A stretch of 64,000 nucleotides of DNA from Phoronis australis (Eukaryota; Animalia; Phoronida). Below, one piece after another: positions 40,416 to 53,984 of this stretch. The position numbers and the translations under genes are program-made. Position 1 is the stretch's first letter. Every line of letters begins with the position of its first letter. The notes under the pieces were generated by a model that had not been told where the DNA came from, ran no database searches, and saw nothing but the letters and a program-made list of their open reading frames with translations. The stretch is from NCBI GenBank assembly GCA_002633005.1, contig NMRA01000416.1, positions 163,597 to 227,596 of the forward strand. Direction: 5' to 3'.

Positions 40416-40637
40416 ACAGGTGTGACTGCCGCTGAGTGATCCAATGATTTTAGCTGAGATAATTCATTTGACCCATGGAGTGTAATATGTAAAACGACCA
40501 TAAGTACAACAAGAAAAAACACTGTGGGTACTTGATTTATTTTTGCCAGTTTGATTGGATTCCTTTGGACATCAAATGAATATCATATCCAGACAACAAA
40601 TGTCAACATAGTGGTACTCATAAAACATAACGACACG

Positions 40638-41317
40638 NNNNNNNNNNNNNNNNNNNNNNNNNNNNNNNNNNNNNNNNNNNNNNNNNNNNNNNNNNNNNNN
40701 NNNNNNNNNNNNNNNNNNNNNNNNNNNNNNNNNNNNNNNNNNNNNNNNNNNNNNNNNNNNNNNNNNNNNNNNNNNNNNNNNNNNNNNNNNNNNNNNNNNN
40801 NNNNNNNNNNNNNNNNNNNNNNNNNNNNNNNNNNNNNNNNNNNNNNNNNNNNNNNNNNNNNNNNNNNNNNNNNNNNNNNNNNNNNNNNNNNNNNNNNNNN
40901 NNNNNNNNNNNNNNNNNNNNNNNNNNNNNNNNNNNNNNNNNNNNNNNNNNNNNNNNNNNNNNNNNNNNNNNNNNNNNNNNNNNNNNNNNNNNNNNNNNNN
41001 NNNNNNNNNNNNNNNNNNNNNNNNNNNNNNNNNNNNNNNNNNNNNNNNNNNNNNNNNNNNNNNNNNNNNNNNNNNNNNNNNNNNNNNNNNNNNNNNNNNN
41101 NNNNNNNNNNNNNNNNNNNNNNNNNNNNNNNNNNNNNNNNNNNNNNNNNNNNNNNNNNNNNNNNNNNNNNNNNNNNNNNNNNNNNNNNNNNNNNNNNNNN
41201 NNNNNNNNNNNNNNNNNNNNNNNNNNNNNNNNNNNNNNNNNNNNNNNNNNNNNNNNNNNNNNNNNNNNNNNNNNNNNNNNNNNNNNNNNNNNNNNNNNNN
41301 NNNNNNNNNNNNNNNNN
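40638..41317. other. Assembly gap (680 N)
   Basis: Run of n characters. ORFs spanning it are artefacts. Confidence 1.
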
Positions 41318-42330
41318 CTTCGCAGGGAGCAGCCCTGAATGTTCTTTGCAGCTTCAACACGACTTAAATAAACTAAGCTATTGGTCACAAGAATGGAGAA
41401 TGAATTTTAAACCAGAAAAAAGCGTTGACCTCACCTTCTCCAAATCTATTAATGCTCTCTTCCTTGTTGACCCATCTTATGACCTTAAACTTAATGATGA
41501 AATCATTCCTAGAAAACAGTCGCACAGACATCTGGGTATACTGTTAGATGAAAAACTCTCATTCACCCATCACCTTAAGGAGCTCGTACAAAAAACTCAG
41601 GAACTAATTAACCCACTCAAGCTTGTCTCTCGTCATCTGAATTCTACACATTTAGAAGTTTTGTTCAAATCCTTTGTACTTCCACACATTGATTATTGTG
41701 ATATTATATATCAGTCTGCCAATACGGTGCACTCCAACATTTGGAGAAGTTACAATATCAAGCCGCCTTACTCATAACCGGAGCTTACAGGGGATCCAAT
41801 AGTGTTAAGGTTTTGAATAGTCTCAAGTGGCCCAAACTGTCTACTCGACGCAATCTTCACATGACCACATTTACTTTCAAGGTAATAAACAATGTCAACA
41901 ACGTGTCTGTCAAAAAAATATTTGATCTATATACCAGACATGGCCATCGTAGTGATTTGAGATCCTCCACCCCATATGCAATTCCTCGGTCATTCAGTCA
42001 GGCATTCAGAAGGTCTACAGTCATGATGTGCATCAACAACTGGAATTCTCTTCCAGTCTCTGTTAAGGAAAGCAACTCTTTTACGAGTATAAAAAATAAT
42101 TTTTTGAACTGTTTTTCATAATTTTGATAACTCAACACCCTTGACTCAATTCTCCCTTACCCGCGATAACGAAATAGCATTGTACAGATCAAGATGTGGC
42201 CTTTTAACCAAACTCTGACAAGTTCAGGCACAACTTTAGTAATGTCTCTCCAAACTGTAAATGTGGTGACCATCAATCTTATCCTCATATTTTCTTCAAA
42301 TGTCCCCTCATCGAATCCCTGAGAGACTCA
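41318..42330 (+). mobile_element. CR1-like non-LTR retrotransposon ORF2 3' part, frameshifted, inserted inside Sola3
   Basis: LQHDLNKLSYWSQEWRMNFKPEKS..HLGILLDEKLSF..LFKSFVLPHIDYCDIIY, a frameshift at ~41740, then LEKLQYQAALLITGA..WNSLP and a C-terminal CKCGDHQSYPHIFFKCP zinc motif. Confidence 0.85.
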
Positions 42331-43284
42331 CTCTTTCGTGCACTCAATGATAACTAATCAATTGTTAACGCTCTCAATTCTTGTAATAATATCCCTACCA
42401 GAGTTACATTACTACTGAATGGTAGTCCTAACCTTGACTTCGTTCTCATCGAATTCCTCCTAAGCAATGTACCGTTTATCAATATTGTTGCATCTGATTG
42501 CCCTACATGAATCTGTACATATTTTTGTTTTTATATATCTGTAATAGCATGTCTAAGTATTGGAATACTTATTTTAGATACTACTTAATTGTATGAACCT
42601 CTATGTATATAAGTTTCTTTTATGAATTGTTTACAACCCAGATATAATGCTTCGCGGTTTCTGGGTTTGTTACTATTTCTTTGTATGTTCTGTGTATAAT
42701 TCAATAAATATATATCACAGTTAAAAAAACTAAAAAGAAGACGCATAACAACAATATCGGTTGTTGAAAAGTGAAAGTCAATGAGATATTGCATTTTCCG
42801 CTTGCAACAAGTACAGGTCACTAGGTGCACATAATCTCAGACTAAACTTACAACTAACACAAGACGCTACTAGTAAGTGGACTGAATAGCTCTAGGCTAG
42901 CCTAGACTCCAACAACGGCGACAGGGCAGGTATATCACTGATTTGCCCTTAGGAACACAAGACTGTTAATCAGTTGTTTACAGTGATGCAGGCTTAGGAC
43001 TACTAAATTTCACCAGTGTGTACGATAAAAAGCTCTGTCTATACTACATGGTCAAAAACAAGTACTGTTGTTACATTTTTGTGGTACATGCATGGTCACA
43101 CAGTTTGTGATCTTCCTGAAAGGAGGGACCAGTAACTTGCATTGCAGGGTACTGATTAGAATAACATCTGTTGTTTCTAGCGGTGCTAACTGGTTCTCGA
43201 ATCATGTATCCACAAAACTGACTATTACCGCCACAATGCTATCGTGATAATCTCAAATTCAAACAAAGCAGTAGTAGTACTCAC

Positions 43285-43683
43285 CAGATCCAACAGGAAA
43301 GAACACAAATGCATTGACATTGTTGAGTTCCTGTGAAAGTAAGTTGACTTTAGACATTTCAACCAGCATCCCCACTTCAGGCTTGGCACGCGAGCTACCA
43401 CTAATGAAATGGGTGTTTGCAGAGTTTACATGGTTTCCACAGAATTCCAAGATGAGCCCGGTGTCTTGCCCTTGCCTTGGACGCAGTGACACAGGCGTGA
43501 CACGGGTCCAGTGAACACGCATATGTAAATTGTCCGACTCTCGCCAAAATCAGTTGCCGCAGTCTGTAGGTGCGGTGGTTTGCTACTCACTTTATGCCGC
43601 ATCAAGATTTCACACATGTGCAGAGGACATTCTTTTGAGGTTCCATACACTTCATCACACTCCATCATACTAGCAGATAACAC
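43285..43683 (-). pseudogene. Sola3 transposase N-terminal exon relic
   Basis: QLILARVGQF (compare QLILARAG near 14930), a Cys-containing segment, and FFPVGSG followed by a GTGAGT donor at 43284. Confidence 0.6.
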
Positions 43684-46600
43684 AGCAAGTCAGGATTCGC
43701 CAACCGGAACCATTTTGCCACCACTAAAGTGACACCTGTTGTTGGACACTGGGTTCACGAAAAACGCGGAATTTTAATTAAAAAGGAAAAATACCTTTAA
43801 AAAATGCGCCTGACTTAATGACACATAACTAAGTATTAATAAATCAACTTTTGAATCAAAACTATGCACTTTACTGGTGTTGTAATGTTCCAAACAGGTA
43901 TCGGTATTGAAGGTAATTTCTACTCAGGTGGTTGTCGCAATCTTGCAATTTGTATAGAAAAATGTTCAGCGCCAGAAAATTTTATTGTACTAATGAACAG
44001 CAATAAGATAGAAACGTCTTGTGTAAAAGTCTGGTGTTAATCAGTGTTGCGCCAGCTGAGATATACGGGCTCAAAGTGTGGCGAAATTGCAATGCCTTGT
44101 TAACCTCTGACCCCTCTATACTTTATGCCTGAAATTTTTAACTTAGCGGCAGAGTTAATGAGTATTGTTTAACATCTTTGTAAAGCCGAAGACTTGCTTT
44201 ATTTAAAAATTACAAGCAAATAATGATCTCGGGCGACGATATCTTTTATTGTGCAGTGCAAATAAGGCATTTTCGGCGAGTTCATTGCATAGCATACCCC
44301 TAAAATAGAGGCTACATGATTTCTCCCACTTAAACAAGGTAAAATGAGATTGGACTTTACTGTTTTGTTTATCATCCCAAAGGTAACTAAAATGCATAGT
44401 ATGGTTCAAATCGGTGACATTGGGTTTATCACCCCTCTGGGCATTTTTGCCTGCTGTGAGCCGTACTTCACTCTTAAGAATTAGTCGACTAATTTTTATT
44501 CCGCTGAGCTTCGAGGAGATTAAACCGCATTTAGAAAGGATAGATGAAATTGTTAGAGACAACGGGAAGAACAGACACAACCGGGAGAAGAATAAATATC
44601 TTCTAAATATTCTCTGAAACTCAAAAAATGCCTTCATGGATCAAGAAATTTAGAATTGTATTGCGCGTACTGTGATGTGCCATTATTTAAAGCCATGAGT
44701 TAAAGAGTTGGATGGAAACCCAATCATTTTAATCACAAAATAGAAACCAGCATCTGATGACTTAGCTCTGCATATTCCTAAATCATACTCCTAAATAAAT
44801 TTAATTTAAAATGTCGTGGTTCCCACTGTAAGACAGCACGGGTAATTTGAATCAAATGAATGTCAAAAGTCCATGATGTCTACTGAACCATATGCTTCAC
44901 ACTTTGTTTTAAGAAGATACTGAAGTCCTGTTATTAACACTTTAAAAGCATCACATTTATTGCTTACATGGGCATGCATCAGAACCAGCGACAGCATGGA
45001 CCAGAGAATAATTTTGTACAAGCCCTAAGGACAAGTTCTAATTTAAAAAAATTCATTGATATGCATTTAATGACCGTGATTAGTAATATTTCAAACTTTA
45101 TTTCATATTTTATATTTTCACTGTCATATTTACCTACTAGTTTTGAATTAATGTTCTATTTAACACTTTAAAACAGATTTTCCTGATAACTTACAGCTGT
45201 CAAATACAAAATGATTATCACTCTCATTCCCATTGATAATGCTTACCCTCTTCAAAAGGAAGTGAAGATTTTAGGTGTTTTATATCATTAATCAAATGTA
45301 ATGAAAAGTTAAAATCCTAGAGTATATTCCTAATATAGCGCTACCTGTGATGATTTTGTGCAAAAGGCTAATCGGTACATTTTAATTAAAATCATTGAAT
45401 TAGTATCAAAAGACCAATATAGCGTAAATACTGCAAAAGTTTGAATCATTCTGAATTGATATCTTAGTCACAACAAACAATTTATTACTAGAAATTCAGA
45501 GCATACGTCCGTCACGTACGTCCGTCACACTAACTCAACTTATATCGAGCTCTCTGACAAAAATTTCGTAACAGATATCATCAAAAAATTAGTGTGTTCT
45601 ACTTTGCAAACATTCCACTAAATCATCATGTAAATCATAAAATTGTAACTCAATGCAACTCACAGAAAATTTACATTAATTTTTTTTTAATTCAAATTCT
45701 CTGCCTACGTCCATCACACCCCTTTAAAGACAATTTTCTCAGTCAGATTAAAAGATATGGGGAAAGTTGATACATGCTTTGAAAGCTATTAGTCAGACCT
45801 ATCAATTGATGTATTAATTGTTTTCCTAGGGTCAACACTTGTTTCACAATTGATCAAAATGTTCAATGATTGTACTTCCGTCACAAATGGAATTGCCGCA
45901 CTAGTAACCATTAATGTCATTTTAAACTTTTGGGAGTTTACCAAAGTTTAATTGAGCGGTCTTAACAGTCAAAAGTATGAAACCTTCGAAGTTACAACAG
46001 ATTTTTTTAATAATACACTAATATGTAAAATGAAACTGATCCCCAAATGAAAAAGTGTACTGACTTTCAGATGGGACATGAATTGAAACTCAATTGAGGT
46101 TCAGTTGAGATTCAATTGAAGTTTTTCCCATTTAAATGATTTGATTCAATTCATTTGCTCATCCCTAACAGCGTTCTCCCCTTAATTGAGTACAACAAAT
46201 TGTCGGATGACCCCTGTAGCCATTATCTTACACTACTGATTAAGTCTATGGTGGTGTTTATGGCTGCATGGAGGGTCAGTTCTCATCTAGGAAAAGATCC
46301 TATATATCAGGCCTGAAGGGCTGACTGTGCTGTTAAAAATAAAAGTCAAGCTATAAAATGTTTGAACATAAACCAATAACATTTCTGAATTCCTCGTCAA
46401 ATGTTCATCATGTTTTAAAGTTTTACAATCACCAAAATGGCCAAACTACAACTGAAATTTAAAGGCAGCGTAAAATGAACCAGCTGCTCTTTAGAGGTGT
46501 TAAATACAATTTTGTGCAACATATCTTTCTTTCTCTTTATTCCACAAAACCACTTCTTAATTACTACACATTTTATGCTCCCCCCATAGTATGCGCTCCC

Positions 46601-48344
46601 ATAGGAAACCTCTCACATTTGTCTAGTGTATTGACATCATCGTTGTGACCAGCACATTACTGCACTAACCACAGCCTGAACACCTGATCACCTGCAGGGA
46701 CAGTCAAAAAGATAAGTAGTTCGCTCAAGGAAGGTCACCAATTAGAAACATCACTGATGTCAGGAATCAATGTCGATTGATAACGCGGTTACTAACCAGA
46801 ACAGTCGCGTCAAGTAATGCTGCCCTTCGAACCCAGCACACTGAACAGCGACATAGATCACTGATAGGACGCTATCCACTCACTCACGGCGAACTAAGTT
46901 CCAAAGTATTTGCACCCATGTAAAACGCTATACAAAACCTACGTTTCTTAAATCTGACAACGACAAACTTGCCGAACTCTGTGGTGGAAAAACATATAAA
47001 AAATTATTTACTAACAATATCCCCACCAGTAAATCACTATGGTTTAGTGTGAATGCATGTCTGCTTTTTATTGCAAAAAAAAACAAACGTGAAGATGACA
47101 ACCCTTGGCTATCGCCAAACGATGCTGAACAAACTTGTCTCGCACCAGAATAATCCTAAGTCAGCAAGAAATTCTCAAGCTCTCGTTTCCGGGACACTGC
47201 GTGCAATCATGAGAAATAAAAGTAAAGTCGTTCAAACAGCTCATGCCGAAGGCGTACACATGTTGGAAACGCAAGTTGTTATCTCACCAACAACCAATCG
47301 GCGCCGAATGTGAGCACCGCCACCGGGGAAAGTCAATTAATTAAAAGTTAAGTGACGATATGGAAAAACTAGCACCCCAGTACAATGTATATACACCTTG
47401 TGAAAACGTGGATGCTAAAATCATGATTCTAGGTGTAAAATTAAAGAAGTTATGGTGATTTTAAAGTGGGACTGCTAACTCCGACTAGTCAGTGCCCAGT
47501 AATCTCTAAGGAGTTTCTTGGAAAAACTTCTTGTTTCGGTTACAGGTGCAAGGGTCTACAATACGCGCAAATAGTACATTAAAGTAAATTCATAACAAAA
47601 ATGAAAAGAAAGAACACTTACCCCGGCGTGTAACGATGATTTGGTTTTCGTTTTGGCTGGCAATCACAGACGAGCGTTCTCTGCTTGCACCATAGACTAT
47701 AATCTATGCTTGTTCCTATCTTGGCGTCTTGTGTGAACTTGCGCAGCGCTTACTTCCGGGTTATGATAAGGAGTACTTGAGTCAACTAACCGACCCCCCT
47801 GCTATCACTACTCACGTGGTAATATTAATCATTGACACCCGGCCACAAGTCTTTAACTGCCAGGCCTATTACTCTGTACAGTCCGTAAGTTGATTTTATG
47901 AAAAATCGCCCACGCTCAATAAAACGGTGCAAATGATGTCGCCGAGACATTTTTAAAAAACAAACCATGGGATACCGGACTTAGACATCAAGTATTTGTA
48001 AAGGGAGCATTTACAAGACTGCACAAGCAAAATTTAATCATATAAGGCAATTGGATATTTTTCACAAGTCTTTTAAGTGACAAATTGTAACATTCGTTAC
48101 TGTCGCCGGTTTACTCTTTTGGTTTGGGAAACTATAATAATTTCTCATTTTAGATACTTATTTCATTTGTTTGATATACATGCTGCTCTTTTCAATCAAC
48201 TGGAGTACGTACATCTGTGCAACTAGTGAATTTCTAGAAACGTGAATATACCTGTCGCCATCTTATTGTCGGTATTGACCGACAACAGGTTTGTGCAAAT
48301 AATTGTATGAACTGATGCTATAAGTTAAAACTCTACAATTGTAC

Positions 48345-49135
48345 ACTGGGAGGTAGAGGGTGGGAAATTTGAATAAGTTTTTGAACGTACGACAATGTGG
48401 CCAGATGAACTGAAAGCGAGGTTACCATAACAAAGAAAACACCCCTAAGGACACGTGACAATCATCAGCCTATAAGAGCCAAGAGCTGACCAAACTCGAG
48501 GCACGTGATAACAACAGACCAATACGAAGGCTGGGAAACGACGTGTAGTCCTACACAAAGTAATAATGGAATAGACCGAAATGAGAGGGGAAAGGAGTTA
48601 GACGGGTCCATATGCTCATATGAATATATTTAACGAGCGAAATACCATTTATGATCGACATATGTCCCGAATAATAGATAAATGATACGTGCGTCGCAAG
48701 CTCGTTACCAGAGATGAAAATGAGACGGAGGTAGAAGATATAAGGTCATTTATTATGACTAGTACAATTACAATATAATGAATACAGGTACATAACGTAT
48801 AATTGGTAATCTCTGGTAAGATGGGCAATAAAAAGCGCCACTAGAGATGTTGTAAGACAGCTCATGCCCGTCCGCAGGGACGCTCGAAGGGAGAGAAATG
48901 GAAGGAATAGTGTGAAGGACTACTTACAAACTCTGTCAGCCGGATACCCAACCTTAACTCCGGGTGCCAAACCGGAGGGGGAGGTACGATTGCCCAGGAC
49001 TGGAACAGGTGCCGGTGTTGTCTCAATCCGTGTCGTGGCGGGAATAGCCTGGACGAAACGAACTCGAGTGGCTACGACAGTACCTCGGCTACACCTGGGG
49101 ATCTGGACAAGCTGGTGGTGAAATGGCCGTCTTCA
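48345..49135 (-). mobile_element. Fragment of the putative split-direct-repeat retroelement (internal-B-A junction)
   Basis: Same halves as 5117-5619 in swapped order, joined at GAAATAC-CAT-TTATGATC (48646-48648), followed by internal sequence shared with 57620-57790. Confidence 0.65.
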
Positions 49136-49139
49136 AGAA

Positions 49140-51221
49140 GAAACAGACCGCGCAAAAGAATAAAGCACTATCAAAAGCACATAGAAATGTGAAAAAATTA
49201 AAGAACGAGAATGAAATACTGAGAAAAAAGATAGAAACAATTCAACGAAAAGTGCAGCGTATGACAGCGAATAAGATTTGTTCGACACCCAAAAGTGAAA
49301 CCAATGAAATGATGAAACATTTGCGGCTTACCGGCTCCAACAAGCACCAGGTTGAAACTCGTAGAAAGCTTTTGATGTCTAACGTGATCACTGATGAGAT
49401 TAAGCGAAAAGTTTCACCACAGATCAGAACAGGAAGAAAAGTATTTATGGCTTACTCGCTGGAAAGCTTGAGGCTAAGTACAGATGTATGTCAAGCATAA
49501 GCAAGTGTGCAAGCCTCAACCGCAACATGGTTGCATGGGTGATCAAAGAAGGAGTAAACAAAGTAAAAAAAGAAACAGGGCCCTAATGAAATACAGACAT
49601 AGTGTTTTATCCTTTCTCGAAAGAGAAGACAATTGTCGGGTTAATCCTGGAAAGAAAGACGCCGTGACTTGCGAATAAGGGAAAGTTCAAACCAAGGTAT
49701 TGACCGACTACTTAGATAATTTACACCAGAAGTACCTCTCAGAGAACCCACACGCCTCGTTGTCACTCTCCACGTTCAGGAGGATCAGATCAAAGTATCT
49801 ACTCCCGACTAACTTCATGAGCAGGAGCACCTTTTTGTATGCACTAAACACCATTCAAGCTCAAAATGCTGAAATCTGCTGGTGTTTCAACAACTTCCAA
49901 CTCTGAAAATTTCATACGTCAAGGCGCGGTAGCTGACTGTTGTAGATTACCAGCGAAGGTATCTTATTGTACATGGAAGCGCGTCAAAGATGCAGACGGA
50001 AAACAGAAGATGAAAATCATTCAAGAGGAAAAGCAGAGGGACAACTTCATACAACATTGGGAAAAAGAATTGGCCAACTTCAAACATCACGTCGGAAGAA
50101 TGCAAAAGCAATACTCAGAGATTAGAAACATAAAGCAAAACCTTCCTGAGAACGAAGTTATTCTTCATATGGACTTTGCTGAAAACTACAGCTTCAGAAC
50201 CGCAAATGAAGTCCAGAGTGCAAACTGGAGTCAGTCGCAAGTTACACTACATCCCATGGTGTTATATTACATAGATAAAGAGACTCATTCCTTAAAACAC
50301 AAGAGCTTTGTGGATGTGTCGGATTGTCTTACATATGCTTCTTCAACTGTTCTTGCAATCCTGGAAGAGTTCGTTAAAACCGTTGTGCCAGAGCTTCAAA
50401 TTGTTCAACACGTCCACTACTGGACTGACAGTCCAACAAGTCAATACCGGAATAGATACATTTTTAAAATGATAATTAACCACAAGTCTACGTTTGGCTG
50501 CCACGCGACGTGGAACTATTTTGAAGCCGGCCATGGCAAAGGTGCTTGTGATGGGATTGGTGGCACAGCGAAACGAATGGCCGATGGGGCAGTGAATGCA
50601 CAACGAGCAACAATTCAAAATGCACAAGATTTCTTCAAGTGGGCAATCCATTCAGGCATCAAAGGTATTCGCTTCTTCTTTGTAGACAATGAAAAGTGTG
50701 AAAAGAAGGCTGAAGAAATTAAGTCGTGTAAACTTCCGCCTGTCAAAAGTACAATATTATTTCATGCGTGCAGAAGTGATGGGAAAGACCTCATGTCAGC
50801 AAGCACATAGTGTCATTGCGCTGACTGTCAATTGGGAAAGCTGTGCGATAACTGGAGCTTAGCGGCAAGCGTTCCTGATCCCAGCCCTGAAGAAGATTCT
50901 GTCACCAAGACAGTCTCTACAATTTGTGAAGAAACGTCGTATCATGTTGGCGACTTTGTAGCTGCTATCTACTTGGACCAGTGGTACGTGGGGAAAATAA
51001 TTGCGGTCGACAGTGAAGACGGCGAGGTTGAAATTTCATTCATGCAACACAGGGGGAGACTTTTCCAGTGGCCTTCAACAGAGGACACCTTGTGGTCACC
51101 TGTTAGGAATATTCTGTGCAAGTTACAAGCGCCTACTCGAACGGGAAAATCGGCCAGAATGTTTCGCCTTGCTTGCCAAGACAGGGATCAAGTCGAGTTG
51201 TTGTTTTCGGGAATACAGTGA
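49140..51221 (+). pseudogene. Sola2-like DDD transposase pseudogene with C-terminal Tudor-like segment
   Basis: HMDFAENYS..EVQSANWSQSQVTLHP, YWTDSPTSQYRN and WNYFEAGHGKGACDGIGG. The 5' part is broken by frameshifts. A single in-frame TAG at 50808-50810 precedes CHCADC and VGDFVAAIYLDQWYVGKI. Confidence 0.8.
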
Positions 51222-53384
51222 TTCCCCTCTTGAAATCGTTGATCACGTTCATGGATACTCTAGTGCTCGTAGCTAGCTAGTGATACTGACATCTATTTGA
51301 TCACTATGATTTAAGCAACTATTGATTAAGCGGCTACACGTGCTCTCCTGAATATTTTCGGAAGCACAAATTCTGATTCATGGTTCGTTTTGAGTGAGAT
51401 TTCGAATTTAATATCTTTAGAGGTATCGGCTACTTTATATGAAACATTCGTTACCGTTGTCACATGGGGTTAGTTTGTTGTTTAGAGTAAATCAAGTTAT
51501 TTGTTGGTATGTATTTTGAGTGCATTTCAAGGGTTTTTCGTAAAGAACGCCCCAAATAATTTATAATTTAATGTTTTCGTTTCACCGAATTTGCTGTAAC
51601 ATTCGTTACCTTTAAGCTTCAAGTTTGAATAATTTACGAAATTCTGAAAATATTGTCAGATCAGCGAACAAATGATTTAATATGTGAGACATAAATTGTC
51701 GACTGGGTTTAAGTCAAAAGTTTTGCGTTTGCCTGACTCTGCTTGATACAGCAAGTGCTGTACTCTAGTCAAAGATTCCCTATCCTTTTCACTTGTTGTT
51801 TGTTGCAAATGTTGGTCATATTAGATTAAAGTTTACTACTGTTCCGATACTAGGTTCTCACCTATTTTTCTCAACACTATATTCTTCCCACCCCTATATG
51901 AATGAAACTTGTCGTTGATAAACCTTTACAAAAAAGTCTTGTACACTTGTTACTAATGTTTACTGCACTTGCACATATGTTACAAGGACACATTTAAGAA
52001 CAAAGTAATGTGTGATCTTTTTTTTTGGAAAAGTTAACTTGAAAAAAATATTCCTGAAATTTATAGGCACTGTTTGTTGAAACAAAGCACTTTTCTTCAA
52101 AAATTATTAATATTTTTTTGTCAAGTAGTGTATGCCCATTTGCACCGTTTTATTGAGCCCTGGCGATATATGGAAACTTTTCGTAGAAAATACAAAAACA
52201 GCACAAAAACAGGGTATCATTAGTGACAGGATATCGAATTTTGTTCTACACCCAATAGTCATGATTTTACAAAAAAGTTGACATGGTGGTGTATAAATAC
52301 AGAAGTTGCAGTAATTGTCAATAAAAATTTTTGCGTTTTTATTTCCAGCTTTTTAAAATTAGTTTCATTCACACTGGTTACAACCTGATGTTAGTTTCGC
52401 AACAGTGTATATAATATTTTGACAGCTATATGGTATAGGTTTACTACGAACAATTTTACGTCTGCAATGATAGTTGCCTGGGTAAATTTGCCTAGGTGAG
52501 TTGGTTTAGCAGACGTCACTAGTGTCATTCATGTACACTAAATGAATCGAGTAGGACAAGAAACAAAATAATGACAGAATTTTCTAAAGTTGGTGAAAGT
52601 TGCCAAGCTGTCGACGAATATGGGCATTGAACCAACGGAACTTAATTGTATCAATTCCAAATAGTGACCAAAATTGTCGTAAAATTCCCGCTTGGCGCGG
52701 TCACAACACCAAAGTTGAAGGAGGCCGAACCAGGATAAGATTACTATCAAAACAACAATATGGGCGAGGTAAGATAATCAACTTTCATCTCATGCTATTT
52801 TCAAATACATGGATTATGCATGAAAATTTTGTAGATAAAAATCTAGTTCTCAAAAACGTGCTTTGTGGTGAAACATCAGGATTTAGAGTTAGAGGGCCAT
52901 AATGATCCAGAACGCTAATAATTTTTTCCACGAAGTAGCACCCTTTTAATTTACTTTTCATTAACTGAGATACTTTTTTGATTGTTAGTGGTCTCTAGGA
53001 CATTATTGATAACATATATACATACATATATATAGAATGCGTGAGACGTCATTAACCCAAGTAAGCCTATCCGATTTTTGTTTAATATTCATTATTCATA
53101 ATTTTTCATTTGAAAATGTAAGTAAATACTAGTTCATTCAATTTAATCAAAGTAAAATAATTATTGTTTCGAGCAAGTATAAAAAACACCCTCAACATAC
53201 TTGTTGTACAATTCGGGTAATTCAAGTTGAGGAAAACACTATATGCATCCCAAAATGTGACTGAAGCTAAGAAAGGTGAACCGATAGCTTAGAAATACGC
53301 TGATGTCATAATTTTATGAAGTGCTCTTTTTCATGGAAGAATGTAACGTCTTTCATTAGGTTGTTATTATCATTAGGTTATTAT

Positions 53385-53465
53385 TTGAGGACCCTCTTGG
53401 AAAGCAGTGCTATCACTGAAGAGGCCACCCTCATTTTAAATATCACAATAAATAAATAAAATAAA
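53385..53465 (+). mobile_element. Second copy of the short LINE/SINE 3' end with (AATA)n tail
   Basis: One mismatch versus 13346-13410. Confidence 0.65.
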
Positions 53466-53984
53466 AAAATTCAAAGACCGATCTAAAAATGATAGCAGAA
53501 ATACATTTGCAACTTTTGGGCGTTTTCTTGCTTCCAGACTATTTTGGCTACTATATGTTTAATCAAACTCCCCCCCATATACTTGTTTAACAATATTGAA
53601 GTAAACAAGTCAATTACACAGTGGTCACTAAAACGGGTCATGGGCCACATGGACGTGACTGTATTGCTTCAACATCCACCGTAGTTCCTGGAATTCCATG
53701 TTCAGTAGTCTGTGCCCTATATGTCTATGTTTATTCTATTTGACCTGCAACACACTTCAGGTAGGCACTGAGACTGATTCATATGTGACAGTGGAGATAT
53801 GACCAGAACGGGAGATATAGATCGGAGACTTCAATCACAAGACAGCACCAAAATACCCCTAAAAGATTGAAAATAACAATGCATGTACTCACAGTACCTA
53901 TAAACAAATGCTCTTGAATTTTATATTATTAGTATCATTTACACACCCAATCGTTAATTGATAAATAATTTTATTTTATGTAGC

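Larger units (their letters stand above)
37570..44473 (-). mobile_element. Second Sola3-type transposon, minus orientation
   Basis: TTAA|GAG...CTC|TTAA, with the target duplication supported by the empty paralogous site at ~32580. Subterminal GGGTGATAAAC.C.ATGTCAC is inverted at both ends. Transposase relics inside. Confidence 0.8.
36350..45897 (+). repeat. Second copy of the 31420-33997 repeat, split by a 6.9 kb Sola3 insertion
   Basis: Rejoins at CAATCTTC-TTAA-GAATTAG, the sequence seen uninterrupted at ~32572-32590. Four tandem GTACGTCCGTCAC units at ~36780-36831. Confidence 0.75.
47907..52165 (+). mobile_element. Sola-superfamily (Sola2-like) DNA transposon
   Basis: TIRs CGCCCACGCTCAATAAAACGGTGCAAATG and CATTTGCACCGTTTTATTGAGCCCTGGCG. 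Flanks AAAT and ATAT form an imperfect 4-bp duplication. Transposase inside. Confidence 0.78.

Noticed and set aside
40551-41388. Long ORFs of 256-408 aa
   Set aside because: They are artefacts of the N gap. Only the part after 41318 is real and belongs to the LINE.
43259-43522. ORF ending NAFVFFPVGSG as a DIRS RNase H relic or a host exon
   Set aside because: It lies within the second Sola3 element next to QLILARVG, so it is better explained as the Sola3 N-terminus.
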